Assembly (NCBI GenBank): GCA_965637545.1
Contig: OZ281500.1
Coordinates: forward strand, 16,616,001-16,680,000
DNA length: 64,000 nt
Origin: Phallusia mammillata
Lineage: Eukaryota
Direction: 5' to 3'
In this document: positions 38,201 to 49,949 of the stretch, in pieces
How the letters are laid out: each line of letters opens with the position of its first letter
How positions within the stretch are numbered: the first letter of the stretch is position 1
Notes under the pieces: model-generated
The model's database searches: none
What the model saw: only the letters and a program-made list of their open reading frames with translations
What the model was told of the DNA's origin: nothing
Translations under genes and position numbers: made by a program

Positions 38201-41200
38201 AAGGTTTACTGTAAAAATCTGGTACTGTTAAAAATGTCTCAACACCTTTGACGACCGTCGAAATAAGGAATAAACGCTTCATCGTGTCTTTGTTCTTGAG
38301 TAACTTTTAAATATTCCACTCCCTTACTTGCCATTGGATCGTTGAGTTGCGAATGTTTCGACAAACTGCGCTTCTTCAAGTTAAACTCTTGGAAGTTTAC
38401 TTGTAATTTTGATACGTAACCTGAACGAAAAAAGCGTTTTTCTCGAAGACAAAAGTCTTAAATCTTGATAGAATTACGTTTATTGGCTAGTAGCAATAGA
38501 CTGTTACAGTAAAAAATTACAGACCAATAAACAGATTTAATAAAAAAATCTGTTATCAATAAACAAAAATAGTTCAATTAACAGGCATGCAAATAATGTT
38601 TTGCGTTTAACGTAAGTATCATAGTATCAAATTGTATTACTGTCACACACTACGGTTTAAGTTTGACATTTGTTACAGGAACGTTCAGTTTCTTTATACG
38701 TGCTCCTACCTCTAAAACCGATATCCTGTTTTCGGACTTTCCCCAAACCGATACTTCCTTTGGGTCTTAACAAAATCGCTCTTGTAGTTTTGAGTAAGGA
38801 GTCAGCTTTGTAAGAACCCAACCAAGTTTTGGTGCTATCTACATAATCCAAAACATTCCCCCACAAGCTTGTGTTGGTGACGTTAGTGGTGGGGGCGGGA
38901 GTGGGGTCAGGGGTAGTTTTGGGGTCGGCCCGAAAAACTGCCGCCATGTTGACGTCATCGTTTACTCGGACATTCATGACGTCACTGACAATGGTGATGC
39001 GAAATGTGTTCCAACTGGCAAGCTGTAAATGACGTCATACTACAGTGAAAACGTAATATCACACCCTATCATGTATAAGCAACGTAATTTTTTTGGAGGT
39101 CAGTTTTGAGTAAAAAATGTTTGGTCACATGACGTCAGATTAGTGACGATAAGGTGTGATATCACATTTGCTACCTCACAACTTACGCGAACTTTGCCCA
39201 CTTGCATCGAAATTACATCTGAACCGTTGAGCGACGCCGTCACCATCACGTGACCGCTCTCGCCCAATGAGACGCGCACAAACTCGTGACTTGCTTTTCG
39301 TTCCGCTTTACTGCGCGTTTTTGAGTTGATTTTGACGTTTAAAGGTGGAGGAGTTGATCCTACAGCGTCATGAGGAACCCCCGTAAATGTAAGGATTGTG
39401 CCGATGAATGAGATTGGTTTAAAGCGGAGGAAGATTGAAAGGATGGAAGACGCCTCCTGGGGTCGAAAGAGGAGCACACTGTGTTCCAGAAGATGTGCGA
39501 TCACGCCTTGATAATTATCTGCGAAATATTAAAATAAACAAGCGTCACATTAAAAATACAGTCACATTACTCATTTTAATTATTCTTAGTTGTTTTGTAC
39601 AGTGGAATATTTTGCAAATATGTATGTCTAATTTCTTTACACAGTCTAAAACATCAGGCGTTTTGTGCCACAAACATCAGCAAAAAACACAACTTATACT
39701 ACTATCATAAAAACAGGAAATTATAACTTCACTAACTTCGACAAGGAAGGCCTTGACAAGCCGAAAATTCAGATGAAGGTCCAGGACACTTTTTCCCCAA
39801 ACCATCTGGTGATGGTCGTGTGCAATCTCTCAATCTTATTCTCATTCCACCTCCACATGTGCTTACCATACATCGTGACCACGGTTCCCATATGTCAGCC
39901 CAACCGCCATTTTCTTTAATAAAAATAAAACGGAATAAAAATCATTACACTTTGGTTTTTTAAACGTGTCAAAATAGGTATTTTTTCATTTACTTTTCAT
40001 TTCTATATAAACGCGCTTGTTTTCACTTGTGCATTACATTTTACACTGATGATGACAATAGTTTTGTCGAAACGTTTGTTTTAATAAAAATGAATACGTT
40101 TTACTCTACGTCGCTGGCAATTTGCTTTTTATTAAAGCTTTTCTAAAAGATTTTTAAAAAACTATATTTTTTTCAACTACCTTAACGTTGGAACGTTGTT
40201 ATTTTAAAACTAAAGCTTGGCTTAGGGCCGTACGCTAGGCCCACCCAAAATTACCATGTGACAAGGCATAAAAGACAAGCAGATCGTCATATCAGCAATT
40301 GTGGTCAAACTATCATGAACATGTTTTAAAAAATGGAATCAGTTCTAAAGCCTTACTGCTGTTTAGCAACAACGACTTATATATAAACCATCATACGACT
40401 GTTTCAAGAGATTTACCAATAGAAGATCCTTTGTACCTACTGTATATAAAGGTACCAGGACCAATTACTGCAAATTTTGCAAACCCCTTTAGGACTGCTT
40501 CCTTATACGTTTAAATTGCGTATTACACACAATGTATAAATATTATGAAGGATTCAAACACTTTAAAACATGTTTTTAGGGGGCAGACAAACAAAATTAT
40601 GAGGTCCCGAATGCAGACAACGCTCCAATGCACACCAAATTTTCAGTTCCAAATACACGTGTTTGTGACATCACAATGATCGTTCGAAGAAATATCTTCT
40701 ACAAAAATAGTCATACACCGTGTGTGGAATATAGCACGCGCGTTTAATCCCCGCAAATTTTTGTCTTTGATCCTAACAAGCGCTGTACAAGTGTATTAGA
40801 CCGCAGCTTACACCTTCAATTGTCAGATCAACTATAGTCGGATAACTACGTACGCGCTCATCCGACGTTTATTACGAAGAGGTGGTCTTTGTTGTGGTAG
40901 AAACGTACGCTTTAACATGGTCATACTAATGTGTATATTTTTAGAGCAACATCCATGTTGGTGCATTATGCGTTTTGATTACTCCAAATCAGGAGTCGGC
41001 AACTACTGGCACGCGTGCCATAAGGTTGGCACGCGAGGTGGTTTTTCATGGCACGCCAGTCGATTTGCGTGTTTATATTGAAGTAACAATTTAACCTGTT
41101 ACACTGTTTGTTTTCAGTTTTTTTTATCATGCATTGTCTTAAATTCAGCCTTACATGCACAAAACACTCTGCTTCCTCTTTATTATTGATATCTGCTGGC

Positions 41201-44200
41201 ACGAACCACTATTATCTAGAAAAGATGTTGGCACGCGAAGTCATTGGCACATGGAAATAACAGGTAAGTTGGCACGAGTCGCCTAAAAGGTTGACGACCG
41301 CTCCTCTAAGAGTCTAAATAATCAGTTTTTCGAGAAGAAAATGATATTAGTCAATGAGTTGCGATCAAATGTAAAACCTGTTTGTGGGCCTTTTTCTACA
41401 AAATTTATATAAATGATTCGGAGTGTGTGAAGTAAAAGAATAACCTCGGTACTACGTGACAATATTTAAAAAAAATTAAATTCATTTATATGTGTTTTTA
41501 AACAATTTTTTTGCTGTATAATGAAAACCTGACTTTGAATCTAAGCCTATACAACCCAATATAATTGATCTTACAATTAACAATAGAAATATATAAAATA
41601 AATATTTGTATCTGTCGCAAGGTGTCTCACGTGAGCATGGCGGAACATCCGTGCATCCTCTTTGTTGTTTTTCGGATCCAACACAATACGCAGCTGTGTG
41701 GAATGGCAAACAGTCACGAGTTCGTGTAACCCGACCTGCTTGTCCGCATGGTTCGTCACAGGCACTCCATGCTCCCCACTGCCCCCAAGTGTGTGGCTTT
41801 ATAAGCGGTTCCGCTGTAACACAACAGGATTATACAGTGTAAAAGCATATGAGCCAATAAATGATAAGCTGCAGACAGTGCCGTTTGATGGCTAAACTAG
41901 CCAATGCGGCCGATCTCTCGTCACCAGCTGCACTGATGAGACCTTATAGGTCGAAACAGTGTGCACTGTCTGCAGCTTAGGATTATACAGTTTATTACAA
42001 ATTGGACGGTTGGTTGTATGGTATATAATTTTCGCGTAGAAACCGAAAACAGTAAATTGTGCTCTCTGGTAATAATATAATGATTTACTCAGCAAAATAG
42101 CGCACAGAGACACAAAAAAATATCTATGCGTTAGAAAATCTAAGTCCATGTACAAAAACATGCACATAGTTTAAAATGACTCCATAAATGTGAATTACAG
42201 CTTCATGAATGACTCAGCATCTAATGAACGCAGTTTTCAAGCTAATATGCAAAAAGATTTGAGAGCAGTGCCACATATTTTAAATCAACGATGACTTCAA
42301 CTTTATACCAAACCTTTACTTAACTAGTAGCCCTGAAAGTTTTGAATTAGCGCCACACAACGAATAGATTTTTTTAACAATCAAGATCAAATTAAGATGG
42401 TTTCATGCACCACCACATTTTATCACCAAAAATGATTAATTCGCGGCACCCTTGGCAATCTCCCACTGCACACCATGGTGCAGCGGCAGAGTGGTTTGAA
42501 AGACTGGAGTAGTTGTGTAAGATACAAGTTACACATAACATCCACATATACGGGGATTACACGCAAATTAATGTTTCATAACCACATCATGAAGAAGATA
42601 ATTATCAGTTTCAGGCACTTGACAATAAGGAGAGACGACAGCATCCAGAAAATACATACAAGCTTAAAGGCACGTATCACAACCGCACACACGCATGGAT
42701 GTGGATGCTAACAGCTTTAATCAAGTGCAACCGGGCCATGTGGTTTTAGCCAAGTCTAAGGTCAAGTTCGTGTTGATTATGGATATATTCTACTATGGTG
42801 GTCTTTTATATATTGCCTCTATTAATGTTCTTGAAAGTAAGTTGTAGGTATTTCGTGAGATTTAAATTGACTTGGCGTGGATAGATCATCGTTTGCGATT
42901 TGGCAAGACGTATGTAGACCAATTTAAATACAAGAATATCAGAATTTTTTCTCACAGCACATAAAGTGATGTAATAAATATTCAAATTGTTAAGTCTTCT
43001 GTGAGCAGGTATTACAACAATGTTAACATAAAACGAACCAAATAATAAGCAATCAGGTAAGATTTTATGTCACCGATAAATAAAAATGTTTATTATCTCT
43101 AATAACAAAAACAATTGTAAAATATTTGTGTGTGGAAGTATTGGGCCCTAGTAAACGGCAATTGATTGACAGCTCAAGTTAAGTGGACCAGCTGTTGTAG
43201 GCAAGGTTTAAACCTACATTAGCACGTACCGAAGCATTCCATTTCGATCGTTCTGTTGCACTTGCGCACTTCAGAGAACTTTCCATCACACTGGCTTCCC
43301 CAGTACTTTGGCGGCCTGCATCCTCTCCACCGAACCTGCTCCCCGGCGCCGCATGTGGCGGAACAAGGTTGCCACTCAAGCCAGGGTAGCCATTCAGCCC
43401 TATCTAAAAGTGGCAATGATGTGACATTGTTTATCGTTCAAGTGGCGCCGTATTTTGGGTAATTATACCATTGCAACGGACGCTGTACTTTACGCAGTTG
43501 AGCAAACTCCAATAGACGCTCTAAAATGACAAAAAATCTTTGGATTAGTGGTGTTTAATAAGAGAGTTCCTGACAATGGAGTTGTAAAACGCAAAGACAG
43601 GGCACGGTCTTAAAGTGCCTTCGATGACAGTAACTATATGTTGGTGTATTGATGGATCTGTACTGTGACGTAAATTGGTGCTTTTTGAAAAGTTGTAAAT
43701 ACATGTTGTCATAACATGACGTATACACTTGTTTCTATAAGTTCCTCCATATAAACATACATTGTAAGAAGAAGACATACAACTAATTGCGGATAAGCCA
43801 CACGGATTTATGACACGACCAAATTGTTGAACTTGGAATTCCAAACATGGAAAATGTTCGTGCTTGTACAAGTATCGTCTGATATTTGCATTGTTGACTC
43901 ACGACTTTTGACTTTGCATAGGTCAAGTGGATAACGATGACGCAGCTGTGACGTAAAACACCACGGACATGGAAGTGTCGCGCGATTTGTCAATTTAAAG
44001 CTTTGCGTTTCTGCGTTACGAGGCTAATTAAAATACCAACCTCAATGTACAGTGATACATTAATTTATTTTGTCTTGGCACAATGAGCCGTGATTTTAAG
44101 AACACGTACCGTAAAATAGGGAATTCGGTAGAAAAGATTTAAAACAATCGTAACTTCAAAAATTCAATTAAGTGCGTGTGGTCAAACGCAAAATAGTCGT

Positions 44201-46747
44201 TGCCCAAATGATTTCAAAACACACCATATACCGTTAGCTTGGTAAGTTAGTTTTAAACACTTTTATATTCGGGTTTTTTCACAATCTCCGAATGATTGTA
44301 AAAATAATCCCGCCTATTTTGCCCGGCAAATTTTATAGAAATATTATCTAACTGAATGCTTTGCTTGTAGTTCAAAAATTTCATACGTTGTTAAGCACCA
44401 TGTGAATGGAGGTATTTGTTCGCACTAGAAACGAATGTTGATTTCCAAAACAAGCAGTTGAACCAGTCAAGTGGCTCCGCACGTGGGTTGCTTATGGTGA
44501 GTGTTTCATCTGTTGTGTGCAAACAGGTTTGCCGCCTCCACATGACATTTAAGGGGGGTGCACGATTCTATGGCTCCCTGCATCACTGAACATGCTTTTT
44601 GAGTAAATTAATGGAAAGGATTAAATTAAGGTCCCGTGAGGACAAACATAAATCTCATTGGATGAACTTAAACGTTTGCTGCTTCGTGCAATTTTCAAGA
44701 TTTTGACCAAAATAATAAAAAATGTATTTTCGTCTCCCACCCCTTGTTGAGTTCGCCAATAATAGATGAATCATTTTAAACTTCTGGCGTTTGTCAAATT
44801 TCGTGGAAAGCATGTACGTAATTTGACAGTTTTGTTTTTCTTCGTGTATTTGTGTTAACAGTCGGCTACTGTGAAATAATATAATTGTAAAGCGTTGAAT
44901 AAAATAAAAGTTAAAGTACAGCAGCAGTTATCTTTGACTATCGGTATATTGGTTTTGTGATATTTTTAAGGTTAACACAGGGTATACATTTCATGTGTAT
45001 CATTAGTTTGATCTTTTTTGGCTCTATTACAACTTCTATCATTATCAAAGGTAGTCCGCAAGCTTTTGCTCTTGACCCGACTTTACCGACCACCAAGCAC
45101 GTACAAACGTTAGCTTCATGTCACAACACAGCACTATTATCGTTGAAAATCCGGAAACCCTATAACGTTACGCCGGTACACAAAACTTAAGCGCATGGGT
45201 TAAGCGTGAGCGGCAGGTTTCAACAGCACCGATAAAAACAACTTCAAAAAAACCTTAAAATAAAGCAAACGCTACCGTGTTCGGTTCCCCGCACGCACAT
45301 GGGCATTGGAACAGAGCAATTTTGCAGGGATGGCGTGATCAGCGATCCATATACGCCACTCAGAATCAATTAGACACGTAACTATGGGTAACGGACAGGG
45401 TTCAGTGCGCTATCAGCAACTTGTCTTGCTAACGAGGCAAGTGAATGCCAAGGTGACGACCCTGGAACAATGCTAAAGCGTTCTGTTTCAAAACAAGGCT
45501 TTGCGATTGGCCACTATAACACTTACCCTGCGGTCGCGGGGTTACTCGAGGTCATCCCACCGCGATGCGATGGATTGACGGTTTAAATTCCTCAGCGTTT
45601 TGTTTTGTTTCGCAGAGGAAAAACGAGAATGTTTTTGCGTGAACTTTAACCTTTTCCTTGCGAGAAATGTTTTTGTGCATATGTCAGCAATATTGACTGT
45701 CATGTTATGTCACTGCGCAAGAATCACAATCAATCATATTTCTTGATGCATGTTAACGGAAAAGATCCTGAGAACGTTTGGGTTCATAAATGCGTGTGGC
45801 CTACTTTTTTAGCGGCTTAAACTGGCAACAGCAGCATTCGCTTCTACAACAGTAACGGGTGTCAATCGGCATTTTGACAACGGCATTAACGTACCGTTTC
45901 TTCTAGGTCTCCAATAATTGCATGAGCATCGTCGAATTTGCATTGGTGAGTGAAACACTGTCGCTCCAATTCCGGTGAAGAGGCCATATGAAACCGCTGG
46001 AGGGCGCGATCCGCACGTTGGTTCGTGGTCAGATCCTCCAGGTCAGCTGCAACGACTGCAACAGAAAAATTACATAGACATAAGTGGAAATAAAAGAGGC
46101 AAATATATATGCCCCATCACTTCATTTGGTGATAAAATAAATCGTTCAGCATCTGGACCTATAAGGCTAAAAATTTAGTCACTAACAGAACTGACACAGC
46201 GAGTTATTTACTCCATACGGATTAAGTTAAACAAACAACAATCTATCACAAACGGGTACTTTGGTAGAGCATATATATAACCTTACAGTTTAAGGTTCCC
46301 AAGCCAAACGAGCACTTTATTCCGCAGAGCACGTTTGAGGTAAAACTAAGAAAAAATTCTTCCGGTCGAAGCTTAAACTTGAGCCTATAACGAAGATAAA
46401 GCGCTGTGCAATTGTTTTACGTTTTGCGGCTGATTTGTGCAAACTTTCTGCCCCAGTCGAGAGTCAAATAACCGAGTTTTACCCAAACCGCACCAAGCAA
46501 GGTTATCCTGTCGAGCTTAGACAAATGAACCATAGAAAAATGTGCAAGAATGGTCTGGTGCTGGTGCTGGGTTTCAGTGTTCTCATTTCAACACAAATGC
46601 TAGGTTGCTTGCTTGCTATTTACCTTCATCAACAATGCTGCGTTTGGTAATTCGTCTTTCAAATGCCCGCCCACTTGCAGTCGAGAAAACGATGACGCAG
46701 CATAATCCAATAAGCTGAGTTATAGAGATGGATCGATGGTGATGCAT
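32285..46747 (-). CDS. Type I membrane protein: signal peptide - degenerate Gla - 3x TSP1 - 2x laminin G - Ig - TM - basic/acidic tail, 18 coding exons, about 1067 aa
   Basis: Exons (minus): 46747-46624 (MHHHRSISITQLIGLCCVIVFSTASG signal, RITKR), 46055-45895 (LERQCFTHQCKFDDAHAIIGDLEET), 43945-43903, 43403-43230 (WLPWLEWQPCSATCGAG), 41813-41631 (WGQWGAWSACDEPCG), 39913-39737 (WEPWSRCMVSTCGGGMRIRLRDC), 39518-39187, 39022-38710, 38420-38246, 37042-36882, 36626-36473, 35936-35822 (IILLGG), 35573-35402 (GYHGYVFSL), 34886-34699 (LFC...ITWYKD), 34174-33991 (DLSGVYSC), 33343-33196 (TM AILIIVGSVACLLLILITFC), 32950-32771, 32504-32285. All phases match; 3204 nt, open. Donors at 38245, 36881, 35401 and 32770 are GT but weak, so these boundaries are less certain. 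Confidence 0.85.
36265..36342. mobile_element. 78-bp hAT-type mini-MITE (array copy 4)
   Basis: Same element, with one extra TIR mismatch (GTTGGC instead of GTCGGC). Confidence 0.7.
37237..38081. mobile_element. Non-autonomous hAT-type DNA transposon, 845 bp, intronic
   Basis: 14-bp TIRs CAGGGGCGTATCCA / TGGATACGCCACTG (1 mismatch); perfect 8-bp TSD CTGAATCC at 37229-37236 and 38082-38089; subterminal poly-G/poly-C tracts. Confidence 0.9.
39990..40120 (+). mobile_element. Penelope-like element pLTR/3'-end relic
   Basis: TATATAAA, then the hammerhead core, then AATAAA, the usual layout of PLE pseudo-LTRs. No RT or GIY-YIG ORF nearby. Boundaries approximate. Confidence 0.45.
40037..40091 (+). 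ncRNA. Minimal type I hammerhead ribozyme motif (Penelope-like element type)
   Basis: CTGATGA 40046-40052; extra T; stem II GACAA / TTGTC around loop TAGTT; GAAA 40069-40072; palindromic stem III AAACGTTT; triplet GTT; stem I ACA/TGT plus CATTTT/AAAATG. Confidence 0.65.
40990..41304. mobile_element. Degenerate hAT-type MITE with TGGCACG subterminal repeats
   Basis: Left end CAGGAGTCGGCAAC, right end GTTGACGACCGCTC (degenerate TIR); several TGGCACG copies at both ends; TSD only 5 of 8. Confidence 0.55.
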
Positions 46748-49700
46748 CTGGGAAAATGCAGGTTCTTGTCTTTGTTTGGGCAAGAAAACAAGGGTATGTG
46801 GTTTACTTTCCTATAGCGGTCTAGGAACTAAGAAAACAGTTTTTCATAGATCCGTAAACAAAATGGCAAAAAATCCAATAAAACAGCAGAGGATGCTATT
46901 GGTCAATATTTAAACTACCTTCCCTGACCGACAAATCTATTCAAATTTGAGCAAAAATATAAAACAACAGTGGTTTTGTTTGCGGCTATAAGACGGCGTC
47001 TACTGCTTTAAAATGAACAATTTTGATTGGGTCTGGAATTTTGTGTATCATCGTATTTGTGTAGAACGGTTTTACTGTTATGATGCTGCGGAAGTGTTAT
47101 TTTCATTCTGTACAGAACGTTTAACATAAATAGGCAAGTAAAAATTGTTTTTATTAATTTTTTTACAGACAGTCGAACGCTTGTTTTAGGAACGGATACA
47201 AGTTTTGAAACATACAAATTTCACACTTACACAACAAGCATTTGTCAATGCAAACCAAATAAGGTCGCACAGAATAATCAACATCTGAAATACGTTAGGC
47301 TAAAGTATTGGTCAGGAGCCAGAACCACCCCTTAATAACAGTCACTCCAAAGCCATTGTCAGTCATCGCGTAACAACGAACTGTCACAATGACAATTGTC
47401 ATGTAGAATGTTTTTCTAACCAGAAATAGTTCAGGCACAGCTATACTTGGGTTCCGACACTTAGGGGTCTAATCCTGATAAAGGAGAATGAATTCGTTTA
47501 AATACAAACGTGTCGCTCAAAGGGGTCAATGTTGTTGCAGTTAGGAGATTGTGGCGCTTAGGGCAACGTATAAATATTGCTTTAGACGTCGCGGGGTTAT
47601 AGTTTGTGCGCCTTAGTAGCAAAATAAACAGGGTTGAAAAAATCTAGCGTGCGGCGATAACGTACTAATAAATCAAGATTAGTGAGAGAATTCATGAATA
47701 GGCTTGACAAGAAAACAGAGTCAATTGATATTTGTCCTAAATTCCGAGTCTTTTTTTGACATCGTGGTTAAGAATGGCCTCGGGAGATTAAATGCCTTCT
47801 GAATTACACCTTATTGGTGCAACGAGTGTTTATTTGGTGCGAGCGGCTTGTGGAAAGCTAGAGCGTTTTGACAACAACCAGATAAAATTAAGCTGACAAA
47901 TAGATTGGGTTTGGTTGTTTTGGTATTCCCATAAGACCACCTGCGTGTCTGTTAATTAATCATCGCTAAAACAGAAGGTTATTTCCCTGTCATTTTGGTT
48001 TTACAGTACACAAATACAACAAAAGATTTTTCGGAATGCTACCAAAACTACACTGGTTAAATTTAAAACGTTTATTTTGCAGAACTCGACTACAAGTTAT
48101 ACAAATCATTTAACAAAAGATTATGCATCAAAAGCATTCTTCGGGCTTAAAAGTTATACATAAAAAAATGTCCTGGTCAAAATTTCTTGCTAAACAGTGG
48201 AGTGAAACAAGCAATGGCTTACCCTGCTTTCTAGGTTTGTAAATCTGAACCTAGCAGTCACTTTATCATTGCTCTTATTATACAGCTAGTTAACTCTGTA
48301 ACTACAAACTTGTAAAGGTGTAAAGATAAGCAACCCGTAACCAGCACTTTTTACTTCTTATCTTTTCTAACAGCATTCAAATATTATCCCATGAGGTAAG
48401 TGAAAATCGCAAATTTGTTACATTAACGCTTTATAAATAAGTTTATTAGCACTGATTGTTGTTTTGCCCATCAATAATTTGTACATGAATGTGCAGCGTC
48501 AAATGTAAGTTACGTCACATTTAAGCACTTGCTCAAAATATGGCTACGTGCAGTTCCAGAAGGTAAGTTTACAAAAAAATGCACATGCACATTCCTAGTG
48601 AAGTAATTGCACGGAGAAGCCAAACCCTAATGCGTTTGTAATTTCAAAACTTCGTCTTGTTTGCCTTGAAAATGCCACCCAGTTATGTAATGGGGTCGTG
48701 CGAAACATTTCGACAACAGTTTCAAGTTCTGGCCGTTTTCGCAAACTTGCAACTAAAAGAACACAAAACTGCTTTTACCCTATCTCCCTGCGCCGGAGGT
48801 CCCGACTGCACTGTTGACAGAGGTTACGGTTAAATTAGCAAGCGGATTTGGTTCTCCAAAGTTAGTGAACTGTTGACTGCCTGACAGTGCGTCTAGCTGA
48901 CTGCCAAATAACTGCCCGCCACAAAAATATTTCACCACGTCATTTTGACTCCTCACTTGTACTCATGTACGACTGTTCGTTTCTTAACTTAAAATAGAAC
49001 AACACATCTCATATGCAGTTAGCCGCACTAACAGGTAGACCAGCAATTACTCTGTCTTTAGGCTAAGGCGCCCATTGTCATGTTGTATGTGTTTGTTTTG
49101 TAACAATTACAGATTGTCTTGTTTATTGTAAATATATATTTACATGTAGCTTGGTGCCCCATTTCATATTTCAATTTATGTAAACCTATATAGCATGATA
49201 TAACTGCTTAAGTATTTTTTGTAATTTTGTATTCAACTTGGTGTTTTTGACTTCTGGCTTTACTTGCGGAACCTAAAGTCGCACCAACAGTTCAATTATT
49301 TCAGGATTTTTATTAAAAGAGACGCAACAGCTAACCTAAAAAATGCGGAAACGTGAAAAAATACAATAAGAAATGTGCAGAACGCCTTAAATCAAACAAC
49401 ACACAACAAAAAATCAGAAAATTGACAAGCCACAAGGAACTTTGCACTGGTCGAGTGCCGGCTTTGTCGGTAATGTTTTCATGGAAAACGTCGTGCAGAG
49501 CAAAATATGTGCACAAGAAAATAAAGATTGTCAAACTAAAATCCGAACGTTTTGCATACCGGTGATTTTCTATGCAAGCTACTGGTGTCAAAGACATCTA
49601 TGAGTGTTTGTGTGTGGCAATCAGAATAGCTGCAAAAATTGGCAATTGCAAATCTACCGTGTAACATGCGAAAGACAAGTGTGATGTGATTTAATTTAAC

Positions 49701-49949
49701 TAACGATAGTGGATAAAAAATAAAAACCGATACTTCGCTGCATATGTTTTTTGTGGGCTGTTGTATACGTGGATTGAGGTATAAAACACAAAAGGCATCA
49801 ACGCCAAGGTGTCTCTAACATTGTATAGATAAACTATGAAAACTAAAACAAAATCTAAAACCGTCTTTGACCTCCATTAACCCTCTTCTCATGGAGTAAC
49901 GACACTCTGTAGCCCATTAGGAGTCACTATGACCTCATTGGATGACACA

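Noticed and set aside
40416-40501. Candidate exon EAVLKGFAKFAVIGPGTFIYSRYKGSSI
   Set aside because: Phase 0 entry is incompatible with the flanking phase-1 TSP1 exons.
45517-45580. Strong GTAAGT donor with a short Met-initiated frame (MTSSNPATA) in the receptor intron
   Set aside because: Phase 2 exit fits no downstream exon and there is no good acceptor.
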